A stretch of 64,000 bases of DNA from an uncultured virus (IMG/VR IMGVR_UViG_3300009034_000863) (Duplodnaviria; Heunggongvirae; Uroviricota; Caudoviricetes): the IMG/VR virus record IMGVR_UViG_3300009034_000863; one strand, 5' to 3'. Shown one piece after another: positions 1 through 9,252 of this stretch (position 1 is the stretch's first letter; each line of letters opens with the position of its first letter). The notes beneath the pieces were generated by a model. The model was not told where the DNA came from, did no database searches, and saw only the letters and a list, made by a program, of their open reading frames with translations. The translations under genes were made by a program, and so were the position numbers.

Positions 1-213
1 GACGATATCTCATATTATATCAAACATTTGTTTGGTATCTTTGATCCATTGAAGAATATGAAAGAACAGTATGGAGTGTTTGCTAAAGGCTCTAAGACAG
101 AAGCTAGAATTATAGAGAGACACAGATTCCCAGGTCTTCTGATGGACCGTATGGTAGCAGTCATTAAGAAAGACTGGGGATATGATGACGTTCCAGATTA
201 TAGGAAGGGTTAA
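1..213 (+). CDS. C-terminal part of a protein starting before the window; possibly RecA/RadA-like ATPase
   Basis: Frame is open from base 1 (DDISYYIKHLFG...). The C-terminus EARIIERHRFPGL...AVIKKDWGYDD loosely resembles RadA/RadB C-termini. Confidence 0.3.
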   Translation, partial: DDISYYIKHLFGIFDPLKNMKEQYGVFAKGSKTEARIIERHRFPGLLMDRMVAVIKKDWGYDDVPDYRKG

Positions 214-215
214 TT

Positions 216-416
216 ATGCTAAAAAGGATGAGTAAAGAAAAAGAAGAAGCTATTATGAAGTATATGACTTTGAGGATACAGGGAATAGGAGCAGAACTAA
301 CTGATAAAGATCAGAAGATACTGAATGAAATTCCAGAAGAAGAATGGAAAGCTATTAGAGGAGCTATTAAAGATCTAGGGGGGAAAGTAGAAAGTGGATC
401 AGAACGAAATATTTGA
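216..416 (+). CDS. hypothetical protein
   Basis: 66-aa ORF tightly packed in the operon. Confidence 0.6.
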   Translation: MLKRMSKEKEEAIMKYMTLRIQGIGAELTDKDQKILNEIPEEEWKAIRGAIKDLGGKVESGSERNI

Positions 417-855
417 CATTTGTTATGAACAAGCTAGGAAGTCAAACTGTAAACTTATCCAATTTGGAGTGGTCCTAGTAAAAACAGAAAGAATTCTAGG
501 AATAGGTCACAATGAATCATTGAAAGGAATATGTCTTCCTTGCTTGAAAGATGAATCTTACATTTTAGGAAGCAATCCTGGTACATGTTATGCTGTTCAT
601 GCTGAATGGATGGCACTTTTCAGAGCTATAGATCAATGTGGATTAGAAGATGTTAAAGGATGTACAATGTATATTGCAGGTTACAAGGATGGGGAAATAG
701 CAAAGTGGAAAGGCTTTGCATGTACAGTTTGTATCAGACTTCTGAAGCATGCTGGTGTCAAGAAAATCATAGAAAAGAAGGGAGAAGAAATCCTTGAAGT
801 TGATGTTGAAGAAGCTTGGAAATCAGCCTATGATCAGATAAAGGGTAAAGCATGA
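394..855 (+). CDS. dCMP/cytidine deaminase family protein
   Basis: Zn-deaminase motifs HAE (VHAEWMA) and CxxC (ACTVC); GVVLV...IGHN pattern. Confidence 0.85.
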   Translation: MDQNEIFDICYEQARKSNCKLIQFGVVLVKTERILGIGHNESLKGICLPCLKDESYILGSNPGTCYAVHAEWMALFRAIDQCGLEDVKGCTMYIAGYKDGEIAKWKGFACTVCIRLLKHAGVKKIIEKKGEEILEVDVEEAWKSAYDQIKGKA

Positions 856-1460
856 TAGCTCTTAATTTGATTATTAAGAACGATGCAATTCAATTAGAGA
901 AGTGTCTTGAATATCACAAAGATTACTTTGATGAAATTGTAATTGCAATTGATTCTGAAAATACTGATAATTCTTTAGAGATAGCTAGGAACTATGGAGC
1001 TAAAGTAATCATAGCCGACTGGGACTACTCTTTTTCTAAGATGAAGAATTTATGTATTACATATACTGACAGTGAATGGATATTTTCATTGGGAGCAGAT
1101 GAGATATCATCTAAAGATTTTCTTAATAATTTACAATTTTTAATCTTAAGTCCTGACTATGATTTTTATTCTATGAAAGTTATTCATGAGAAAGAGAAAA
1201 AAACAGAATGGCAAGTTAGATTGTTTAGAACTTCTAAAGGTAAATTCATTATGAGATTACATGAGTTTCTGGATGGTTTAATAGAAGATCAATCCAGATT
1301 GAATGTTCTTCCTGAACAATATTACTTAAGACATCTACAACTTCAACGAAGTCCTGAATATGAAAGAGAAAAATTGAAACGGTATAAAGAATTGGAAAAT
1401 ATAATAAGGAAGAAAGAAGGATTGATATTGAAAAAGAAAGGATTTAAATCTGGAGATTAA
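852..1460 (+). CDS. glycosyltransferase family 2 (GT-A)
   Basis: IIKND...LEKCL, D-x-STDNSLEIA, W..SFS...N, WIFSLGADE, RLFR, LHE. Confidence 0.85.
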   Translation: MIALNLIIKNDAIQLEKCLEYHKDYFDEIVIAIDSENTDNSLEIARNYGAKVIIADWDYSFSKMKNLCITYTDSEWIFSLGADEISSKDFLNNLQFLILSPDYDFYSMKVIHEKEKKTEWQVRLFRTSKGKFIMRLHEFLDGLIEDQSRLNVLPEQYYLRHLQLQRSPEYEREKLKRYKELENIIRKKEGLILKKKGFKSGD

Positions 1461-1462
1461 GT

Positions 1463-2122
1463 ATGACAATTTATGTTGATAGTTTTGAACCTAAGAAATT
1501 TGAGAGACAGATTAAGGGTATGAGAGTACCTACCGCTATCAAGAAGCTTCCTGCTGGAGATTATGCTTTTGGTAATATAGGGATAGAACGTAAAACTATA
1601 GACGATTTTATCAATAGTGTGTTCCAAGCTAGAATGTGGGATCAGCTATTCAAACTTAAAGAGGTGTATGAAGTCCCTATCCTTGTAATAACTGGTAAAG
1701 AACCGTTTCCAACTGGTAGAAGTATGCTTAATAAATTGAAAGGTGCATGGGGAGCTAAATGGGCTATTGCTACTAAACTTAAGATCCCTATTTTAGAGTA
1801 TAATAATGATAATCAATTCATTGTAGCACTGGTACAGGGGTATCTTAAATCTACTTCTAAGACATTATCATACAAGCCTTTGCCGCCTAAGAAACATACA
1901 ATTCCAGAGATTCAAATTGATATGTTATCTAGGATCCCAGGAATAGGTATTAAAACTGCTAAGTTACTTCTAGAAGAATACGGAAATATAGAGGCAATTG
2001 GTAATGTACCTATTAAGGAACTTAGTAAGTTCAAGACGATTTCAGAGAAAAAAGCTAAATTACTAACAATGGTGATAAAAGGTGAGACTAAGAAAAAGAA
2101 AAGATGTGTGGGAACTTTATGA
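1463..2122 (+). CDS. XPF/ERCC4 structure-specific endonuclease with C-terminal HhH
   Basis: VDSFE, GDY, IERKTIDDF..S...R...Q nuclease motifs; IPGIGIKTAKLLL HhH motif. Confidence 0.92.
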   Translation: MTIYVDSFEPKKFERQIKGMRVPTAIKKLPAGDYAFGNIGIERKTIDDFINSVFQARMWDQLFKLKEVYEVPILVITGKEPFPTGRSMLNKLKGAWGAKWAIATKLKIPILEYNNDNQFIVALVQGYLKSTSKTLSYKPLPPKKHTIPEIQIDMLSRIPGIGIKTAKLLLEEYGNIEAIGNVPIKELSKFKTISEKKAKLLTMVIKGETKKKKRCVGTL

Positions 2123-2303
2123 TATTAGGAGTACAGCATCATATTTAATAGCTCATATGAAAGAGGAAGATTTTGATAAAGTAACTAAAAATGAAGAAGG
2201 AATAGTTTTGAAGATAAAAAATGTAGAAATATATTTCCTGAATACTCCTGTAATGCCAATTATAATCTATAGGGGAGATAAAGAATTAAAAGACTGGATG
2301 TAA
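2082..2303 (+). CDS. hypothetical protein
   Basis: 73-aa ORF overlapping its neighbours. Confidence 0.55.
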   Translation: MRLRKRKDVWELYDIRSTASYLIAHMKEEDFDKVTKNEEGIVLKIKNVEIYFLNTPVMPIIIYRGDKELKDWM

Positions 2304-2479
2304 AACCAAATCAAACTTGTTATTGTTGGTTTGCTATAGGACAAACTGAATATGGAGTTCCTACTGGTAAATTCTTCTGTCATTTAACAGGGATACAATG
2401 CAAGATTTGTTCAGATAGAAAAAGGGTTAGTGAATGTACATTAGCTAAAAGGTATCAAGGAGTACCTGTTGCTCTATAA
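2294..2479 (+). CDS. small Cys-rich protein (not in ORF track; possible CTG start)
   Basis: Open frame DVKPNQTCYCWF...FFCHLTGIQCKICSD...ECTLAK fills the gap. Confidence 0.45.
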   Translation: MDVKPNQTCYCWFAIGQTEYGVPTGKFFCHLTGIQCKICSDRKRVSECTLAKRYQGVPVAL

Positions 2480-2489
2480 AAGAGTATAA

Positions 2490-2525
2490 TTTAAATAACT
2501 CCTTGGATATTAATTAAAGAGGTGT
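2490..2525 (+). promoter_or_regulatory. archaeal TATA-box promoter and SD
   Basis: TTTAAATA at 2490, AT-rich stretch about 15 nt downstream, GAGGTG before a TTG start at 2532. Confidence 0.55.
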
Positions 2526-2531
2526 ATAAAT

Positions 2532-2684
2532 TTGGTAAAAGTGTCAATAAAAGGAGACACATTAGAAATGGATGGTAAGCCTGAGGAGATTATGAAGCTC
2601 CTGAGATTATTTATGAAGGAAGGAATAGTTCCTCAGAATATCCAGCCTAAAGATAGAAAAAAGTTTAGTCAGATGGTAAGTTGA
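2532..2684 (+). CDS. small hypothetical protein (50 aa, not in ORF track)
   Basis: TTG start after GAGGTG; MVKVSIKGDTLEMDGKPEEIMKLLRLF...; stop overlaps the next start. Confidence 0.55.
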   Translation: MVKVSIKGDTLEMDGKPEEIMKLLRLFMKEGIVPQNIQPKDRKKFSQMVS

Positions 2685-3646
2685 TTAAATTGAATAAGGA
2701 GAAAGAAATTAAGAATAGAGTAGAGTCTCTAAAAGATGGATGTTGGGTATCAGCTCATCATGATGCAGATGGAATAACAAGCCTTTATTTTATAACATTA
2801 GTGTTTGAAGTATTAGGATATTATTTCCCTACTGTCTTTGGAGATCAAATGATTCCGCTTGATGGTGGAAAGAAAACAGCTGAGTCAGACATAATGGTAG
2901 ACATGGTGCCGAGATTGCCTACTTACAAAGGACTGGTATTTGATCATCACATACATAAAGATCCATATGATTATTTGTTAGTACATGGTCCGTATCCTGC
3001 TTGTATGGTGGTTTACAATTATTTCAAGGACTTGATTCCAGAGAAGGAAAGATGGAAACTAGCCATTGGTTTAGTTGGAGATGGAAGATCAGAATTAATC
3101 CCTGCTCATTTCTGGAAAGATTACCCATTCCTAGGTGAAGAGTTTGCTTCATACAGAACTTCTAGAACAGGATATCAATATTTGGCTAAAACTCCAATGT
3201 GGTTTAAACTGTCAGCTCCAATTAATTATGCTTGTAGAATTAATAAACCAAGAATAGCAATTGATGTTATTAAAGCTGCTTCTGAACCATTAGATATTCT
3301 AAGAGATCAGTCATTAGAATCAGCTAGAAATATTGTCAGTAAAGAAATAACTAGAGAATCAAGAGACATGTTACTTGTAGACATGGGTAAGGTTGTAGTA
3401 GGAATAGTTGATTCTGAATTTGTCATTGAATCAATTCTAGCTGGAAGGATATCTGGTACTGAGAAGAAACCTATTGTGATAATGAACAAGAATACTGGCA
3501 ATATGTCGATGAGAGGAGTATCAACTGATTATATAGTAGCATATCTATCTGATAGAGGATATGAAGTTGGTGGACACTCAGGGTTTGCAGGCGGACATTG
3601 TGATAAAAGCTACAAAGAGTTATTGAAGGACCTAAGGGGACTTTGA
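2681..3646 (+). CDS. DHH-family phosphoesterase (RecJ/GAN/Cdc45-like)
   Basis: HHDADG..S, VD, DHH and GGH..AGG (DHHA1) motifs. Confidence 0.88.
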   Translation: MIKLNKEKEIKNRVESLKDGCWVSAHHDADGITSLYFITLVFEVLGYYFPTVFGDQMIPLDGGKKTAESDIMVDMVPRLPTYKGLVFDHHIHKDPYDYLLVHGPYPACMVVYNYFKDLIPEKERWKLAIGLVGDGRSELIPAHFWKDYPFLGEEFASYRTSRTGYQYLAKTPMWFKLSAPINYACRINKPRIAIDVIKAASEPLDILRDQSLESARNIVSKEITRESRDMLLVDMGKVVVGIVDSEFVIESILAGRISGTEKKPIVIMNKNTGNMSMRGVSTDYIVAYLSDRGYEVGGHSGFAGGHCDKSYKELLKDLRGL

Positions 3647-3797
3647 GAGAATTTAGTGAAGAAGAAATTCAATTAGTAAAGGGTGTAGTTGACAAACTAG
3701 ACTCCTTTACTTTAAATATGTGGACCGCTATTGAGGAAGTCAAGAGAAAACTATATGAAATAGAACGTATATCAGAATTATTGGAGAGTATCTATAA

Positions 3798-4016
3798 GTG
3801 AGTCAATACAAAGAATTTATATTCTTACAAGTAGGTCCAAATTGGAGTCAATATGAAATAACTGAACTATTAGATCGCCTAAGAACTGATTTTCCAGAAT
3901 ATTTATGGATATGTCTGAAGCCAGGGATAGATGTGTCTATCCATCAGGGCATAAGAAATGAAATAGGAAGAGCAGTATCTGAATATATGAAGAATAATCC
4001 ACCTGGACCACCATAA
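3798..4016 (+). CDS. hypothetical protein
   Basis: 72-aa ORF with GGAG upstream. Confidence 0.55.
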   Translation: MSQYKEFIFLQVGPNWSQYEITELLDRLRTDFPEYLWICLKPGIDVSIHQGIRNEIGRAVSEYMKNNPPGPP

Positions 4017-4039
4017 TGGAAATTATAAAAATATAAGAG

Positions 4040-4453
4040 GTGATTTATATGTCTAAAAAAGAAGAGAAAATAATTGTTCCAGAAGAAATTAAACTTGTCA
4101 TAGATAAAGAAATAATTGAAATGGGATCCAAGGAAGTAAAAGAAGATCTTGGATTAAATGATATATTAACAGATAAAGATTATGTTAAATTCTGGAAAGA
4201 ATATGGTTGGGAAGGATTAAGGTATCCTTTTGAAGATAAACTTACTACTCCAGAAATGGTAAATTTTCTACTAGATACATATGAACCAGTTGGTCAATAC
4301 ATTGAAAAACGTTTAAAATTTGAAGATAATGGATATCAGTATATGATTTATCTTTTTGGTTCTTTAGAAGGTGGAGGATATCATCCATTACTTAATTGGA
4401 CAGGCTATAAAATAAGTTTGCAAACTGTTAAGGATACATTGAAGGACGAATAG
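4040..4453 (+). CDS. hypothetical protein
   Basis: 137-aa ORF; GAGGTG SD suggests a start at MSKK. Confidence 0.6.
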   Translation: MIYMSKKEEKIIVPEEIKLVIDKEIIEMGSKEVKEDLGLNDILTDKDYVKFWKEYGWEGLRYPFEDKLTTPEMVNFLLDTYEPVGQYIEKRLKFEDNGYQYMIYLFGSLEGGGYHPLLNWTGYKISLQTVKDTLKDE

Positions 4454-4454
4454 A

Positions 4455-5537
4455 ATGAAAAATATTTTAGTAACTGGAGCTGGAGGACCAGCTGGAGTAA
4501 ACTTCTGTAAATCACTAAAGATTTCCAGAGAAGACTTCAGAATAATTGGTACAGATGTAAATGATTATCATATGCACTTGATGGAGGCAGATGTAAAGTA
4601 TAAGACTCCCAGAGCAGATGACGATAGTTATCTGGAAGTCTTAAACAAAATAATTAAAAAAGAAGAAGTAGACTTAGTACATCCTCAGCCTGATATTGAG
4701 GTATTTTATGTTGGTAGTTACAGAGATTCTATTAATGCTAAAGTGTTCTTGCCTAAACAAGAGACTATAGCTTTATGCCAAGACAAAGAATTAACTTCAC
4801 TTATGTTGAGGATTAAAGATAAGCCTGCTCCTAAGACATTACCTTTACTTAAACATGACAAGAAAGGAGAAATAATGAATAATTTAAAGACTGAGACTAT
4901 TAATGAGTTCTTTGAACACTTAGGTTCTCCCATGTGGGTCAGAGCTACTAAAGGTGCAGGTGGTAGAGGGAGTACTATTGCTCACACTCCTGAGACAGTC
5001 CTCAACTGGTGTAATTACTGGAGAAGTCGAGATAAGAAGTGGGACTTTATAGCACAAGAATATCTCTCAGGAAGAAACATAGCTTTTCATAGTGTGTGGA
5101 AAAAGGGTGAGCTAATATCTTCTATGGCTAGAGAGAGATTGGAATATATCTATCCTTATCTTAGTCCTAGTGGTATAACTGGTACTCCAGTAGTTCAGAG
5201 AACAGTACATGACTCTAAAATCAACAATATTGGTCCCGAAGTTATTAAGACTCTTGATCCAGAATATGATGGAGTAGCATGTGTTGATTTCAAAGAGAAC
5301 AGAAGAGGAGATCCATTTGTTACTGAAATAAATCCAGGAAGATTCTTTACTACATCATTCTTCTTTACTAGAGCTGGTTTAAATCTACCTTATATTTATG
5401 TCAAGACTGCTCTTGAAGAAAGTATTAAAGGATATATTCCATTATATAATGGACTACCTAAAGACTTCTATTGGATAAGACATATAGATTGTAGAGCTAA
5501 ATTACTTAGAGATGGAACTAAAGTTGGGGAAATGTAA
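4455..5537 (+). CDS. ATP-grasp carboxylate-amine ligase (PylC/CarB-like)
   Basis: ILVTGAGGPAG N-domain; CQDK, GAGGRG, QEYLSG, VDFK, EINPGRF. Confidence 0.85.
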   Translation: MKNILVTGAGGPAGVNFCKSLKISREDFRIIGTDVNDYHMHLMEADVKYKTPRADDDSYLEVLNKIIKKEEVDLVHPQPDIEVFYVGSYRDSINAKVFLPKQETIALCQDKELTSLMLRIKDKPAPKTLPLLKHDKKGEIMNNLKTETINEFFEHLGSPMWVRATKGAGGRGSTIAHTPETVLNWCNYWRSRDKKWDFIAQEYLSGRNIAFHSVWKKGELISSMARERLEYIYPYLSPSGITGTPVVQRTVHDSKINNIGPEVIKTLDPEYDGVACVDFKENRRGDPFVTEINPGRFFTTSFFFTRAGLNLPYIYVKTALEESIKGYIPLYNGLPKDFYWIRHIDCRAKLLRDGTKVGEM

Positions 5538-6036
5538 ACTTTATATTTTTGATCTTGAGGGTACTTTAATCCATATTCCTGTAGACTGGGGTGAAGTAGA
5601 TCAGAGATTGGAAACTCTAATGGGGATTCCTCCCAAACCTTATCAGAAGAATATTTCTGTACTTCCAATAAAAGAGAAGATGAAGGCGTTCAGAATAGTT
5701 GACTACTGGGAACGTAAAGCCTTTAAGAATGCTTCAATTAATTATAGAGGCGTACAGTATCTCAAGAAAGTATCAAAAGAATGTCCTGTTGTAATAGCTA
5801 CTTTGTCTGGTAGAGCTATAACTAAACGTTCCTTGAAAAGATTGAAGATTACTAATAATGTTTCGATGGTAATTACTAGGAACGATAAATATCCTAGAAA
5901 TAAACAGTTAAAATATATCTTGAATATGTACAAGCTGTCTCCTGATGAAGTGATCTTCGTTGGAGATAGAGATATGGATTTGTTAGCAGCTAATCATGCT
6001 AAATGTAATTACAAAGATGTCAGTGAACTGGGTTGA
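5512..6036 (+). CDS. HAD-superfamily hydrolase
   Basis: IFDLEGTL motif I; FVGDRDMD motif IV. Confidence 0.85.
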   Translation: MELKLGKCKLYIFDLEGTLIHIPVDWGEVDQRLETLMGIPPKPYQKNISVLPIKEKMKAFRIVDYWERKAFKNASINYRGVQYLKKVSKECPVVIATLSGRAITKRSLKRLKITNNVSMVITRNDKYPRNKQLKYILNMYKLSPDEVIFVGDRDMDLLAANHAKCNYKDVSELG

Positions 6037-6584
6037 GAAAGAAAAAGAAGACAGATATGACTAAGTTTCCTTGTCCCAAGTGTGGTAAATATGTTAAGCC
6101 ATTCATGTTTAGAAAGGGTGATCATAAAGCTGTAATGGAATGTCCTTCTCATGGATTGTTTGAAACTGACTGGAAAGCTTCTAGAAATTTCAGATTGTTC
6201 TGTCAGAAATTAGGAAGCAAGCCTAATAGATCTCAGGGATATTATACTGCTCCAGAAGTCAGAGTTAAAAACTATCTTGATCACTTCCATTTATTAGAGG
6301 GAGTAGAATATATTCATAACTGTAGAATAAAAAATGCTGAGAGAGGAGTATATTATTGGGTAGATTATTATCTGCCATTTGAACAGTTAATTATAGAAGT
6401 CTCTCCTTCTGTATGGCATAAGATGTGGGGAAGAGAAAAATCAGACAAGAAGAAGATGGAGTATTTAACAAAGCTGGGTTTAACGGTTATTAATCTTGAT
6501 GAAAAGGATTTAAGATTGATAGATCTTAGGAAAAAGGTTAAATGTGAAAAGTTAGATAGAATATTCCTAAGTGGTAAAACTTGA
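6033..6584 (+). CDS. Zn-ribbon plus DUF559/Vsr-like endonuclease
   Basis: CPKC...CPSH; TAPE...VDYY...IIEV...WH...D..K...L...G. Confidence 0.7.
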   Translation: MRKKKKTDMTKFPCPKCGKYVKPFMFRKGDHKAVMECPSHGLFETDWKASRNFRLFCQKLGSKPNRSQGYYTAPEVRVKNYLDHFHLLEGVEYIHNCRIKNAERGVYYWVDYYLPFEQLIIEVSPSVWHKMWGREKSDKKKMEYLTKLGLTVINLDEKDLRLIDLRKKVKCEKLDRIFLSGKT

Positions 6585-7132
6585 AAGATATGATCGATTG
6601 TATAAGAGATAAAGAGCTAAGGAAAGTAACTTCTGATATTTTATATTCGTATAAGACTAAGATAGAGAAATTGCCTGGTTCTCTTTCTGGACATCATCAT
6701 ATAGGGGAAACTCATATGGAACATCTTAGAAGAACATTTTTCTTTGCTAAGGAAATTGTGAGAGAATTCAACCTTAAGCAAGATGAAAGTGATGTTTTAT
6801 TGGCTAGTGCTTTACTTCATGATATCGGACTTTATGAATTTACTACTAATAGACGGAACAAGGATGAATTTCAGAAACTATATGTCACTGGATGGAATAG
6901 AAGTCAAGAAGTGTACAAGTTTCATCCAACTCTAGGGATGTTTCTTATTGGAAGAAAGATGTTGGATATGGGTATTATTAATGGTAGTATTATTAGAACT
7001 GCTTTGACAGTTTCTACACATATGAACCATTGGTTAAGTGAATACAATTTTGTACCTCAGGATAAAATAGGAGAATATCTTGCATTAGCAGATTATCTAG
7101 CTAGTAGGAAAGGAATAAAGCTGGATGAATGA
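6581..7132 (+). CDS. HD-domain phosphohydrolase
   Basis: HH...H, LLHDIG, HP, HM, LADYLASR. Confidence 0.85.
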   Translation: MKDMIDCIRDKELRKVTSDILYSYKTKIEKLPGSLSGHHHIGETHMEHLRRTFFFAKEIVREFNLKQDESDVLLASALLHDIGLYEFTTNRRNKDEFQKLYVTGWNRSQEVYKFHPTLGMFLIGRKMLDMGIINGSIIRTALTVSTHMNHWLSEYNFVPQDKIGEYLALADYLASRKGIKLDE

Positions 7133-8348
7133 TTTCAAGATATTAATGGATATTCTAGAATTAATGTATGGTAGTAATCCTAGAGTAGAGATTGGAGAAC
7201 CAGACATTAAGGTTCAAGGATATCTTGGTGAATATCTTGTATCTTTAGCTACTGGAAAAGTGATGTATAAGGGTCATAATATATGTATTGAAAAGATTAA
7301 GTTAAGAAGAGATGGTAGTGTAGGAATAAATGGTGGCTACATCATTTTATCTGAGCCATATGCTTCCTTAATAAAAGAGAATAAAATAGAAATAGATAAT
7401 TCCTCTTCTGTTTTGATTTCAACAATTGATTATTTGTTAAATGATAAAGAAAGTAGTGGAACATACAATCTTAAATTTCAGATAGAGAAAATTAATAATC
7501 CTACTCAGGGAGCATTGATTCTAAATCCAAACGATTTAATTCCTACTTATTCAGGGACCACAGTTGTTACTTTCAACCGTTTTCTAGGTGTTAATCAGAT
7601 AATAGAAAGTGAAATATCTAGAGCAGTAGATATGTCTAATTATTTTACTGAACTAGTCGCTCCTAGAGATGGACCAAGAGTTGGAAGGATAGTGTTTCAT
7701 TTACAAAACTCAGAGGAAGAAACTGGTCAGAGCATTATAGATTTAGAACCTATAAGGACTGGATTCAGAGTAACTAGAGAGTTCATAGAAAGTGTGGATG
7801 CTCTTGCACCATTCTTTACATCATATATATCAGACATTTCAGATTGGGTACTAAATACTTTTATAAATAGTAGAAAACAGAGGGGAAGAATTGGAGAATG
7901 TACTCCTTACAATAAAAGATTTGATGGTTTAATTGCTACTGCTGAAAGTAGAAGATGGAAAAGTTATAATGGAGCAAAAAGTAAGCCTCCAGTAATTATT
8001 GAAAACTTGGATGAATTAAGAAATGGTATTATAAATGGAATTACTAATATTGAAACTAGCGGATTTGATCCTAATGTAATATTAGTTCATCCTTCCAAAT
8101 CAAGTCTTTTATTTAATATTCAAATAGAAACTCGTAGTGAGGTTAGTATATTAAGTTCTGGTGAAATGGATGAAAATAAGATGTTACTATATGATAAAAG
8201 ATATTGTATAATCGGAAGGACTGAACCGACAGTTACTCATTATGAGAATTTGGCATATGATGCCACTGATTATTTAATTAGAATGAATATAGGATATGCC
8301 ATTGCAGATCCTAGAGCATTACAGTTATTAATAATAAAGGAGGAATGA
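7125..8348 (+). CDS. fusion protein: N-terminal domain resembling the C-terminal domain of DUF4132 proteins plus an HK97-fold capsid-like domain
   Basis: GFRVTREFIESV..ISDISDWVL and PNVILVHP...MLLYD...DYLIRMNIGYAIADPRAL align by eye with the MCP at 53676. Confidence 0.65.
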   Translation: MNDFKILMDILELMYGSNPRVEIGEPDIKVQGYLGEYLVSLATGKVMYKGHNICIEKIKLRRDGSVGINGGYIILSEPYASLIKENKIEIDNSSSVLISTIDYLLNDKESSGTYNLKFQIEKINNPTQGALILNPNDLIPTYSGTTVVTFNRFLGVNQIIESEISRAVDMSNYFTELVAPRDGPRVGRIVFHLQNSEEETGQSIIDLEPIRTGFRVTREFIESVDALAPFFTSYISDISDWVLNTFINSRKQRGRIGECTPYNKRFDGLIATAESRRWKSYNGAKSKPPVIIENLDELRNGIINGITNIETSGFDPNVILVHPSKSSLLFNIQIETRSEVSILSSGEMDENKMLLYDKRYCIIGRTEPTVTHYENLAYDATDYLIRMNIGYAIADPRALQLLIIKEE

Positions 8349-8620
8349 ATATGGAAATAATATCTAGTAGGCACTTTATAAAAAGAGCCTTGAAAGAAGA
8401 CACATTTCAAAATGCTTTTCCAGAAACAGTGGAATGTAAGAAATGTGGAAAGAATATGAAACCAGTCTTTGTCTATTGTGATGATGAGGGAATACTTGTT
8501 AAACATAGACCCGAACTAGCAGATGGAGAGTTCTGGTTTCATGATGCAGTTGCTATTGCAGTATATCTATGTGTAAGTGTAGACTGTGCTGAAATGACAG
8601 CATTGTGGAATCAGGCATAG
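8345..8620 (+). CDS. Zn-finger protein
   Basis: CKKC ... CVSVDC. Confidence 0.6.
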   Translation: MNMEIISSRHFIKRALKEDTFQNAFPETVECKKCGKNMKPVFVYCDDEGILVKHRPELADGEFWFHDAVAIAVYLCVSVDCAEMTALWNQA

Positions 8621-8806
8621 GAGGTGTAATAGTGAAAATAGAAATAAATATCTCAACAGGGAATCCAGAGACAGATGCAAAGATAAAGGAGAGACTAGAG
8701 TCTGCAATTTATAATTGGTTACAAGATTATCTAGGAGTCAAGGTGAATGTCAGAGACTAGAATTATATATTTTCCTAGAACAACTGGGGAGACAATCTCC
8801 GTAACC

Positions 8807-8845
8807 TTTATAAAACAAGAAGTAGTTAATAATTAGAAGGTGTAA
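8807..8845 (+). promoter_or_regulatory. archaeal promoter for the replication operon
   Basis: TTTATAAA, downstream AT-rich element, AAGGTG SD. Confidence 0.55.
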
Positions 8846-8847
8846 GA

Positions 8848-9234
8848 ATGAGTATAGAGTTAGTATATTTTAATCCTCTTGTAACTAAGGACTCAAAGAG
8901 AAATGTTTGGGTTGTAGATCAGAAGAAAAAGGTTGCTTACTTTGTATCTGACAATGTTGCTATGGAATTAATGGATATAGGAGTAGTTCATAAAAGTTCT
9001 ACACAGCCTAGGAAGAAATGGGCTGAAGATAACAAAATAACACTTAAATGGAAAGAACCTAGCAACAAAGAATTGGTTAAGATCAGGAAAGCAATCAAGG
9101 GAGAACCAGAAGTTAAAGAAGAGAAACCTCCAAAAGAGGAAATAAGTACAGAGGATATAGAATACCATATTCATCGTAAGGACAAGGATTTTGTTCCTAT
9201 AGATGAAGAAAAAGAGAATGAAAATTCTGAATAA
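8848..9234 (+). CDS. hypothetical protein with acidic tail
   Basis: 128-aa ORF with SD. Confidence 0.65.
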   Translation: MSIELVYFNPLVTKDSKRNVWVVDQKKKVAYFVSDNVAMELMDIGVVHKSSTQPRKKWAEDNKITLKWKEPSNKELVKIRKAIKGEPEVKEEKPPKEEISTEDIEYHIHRKDKDFVPIDEEKENENSE

Positions 9235-9252
9235 AAATAAAATAAAGGAGGA

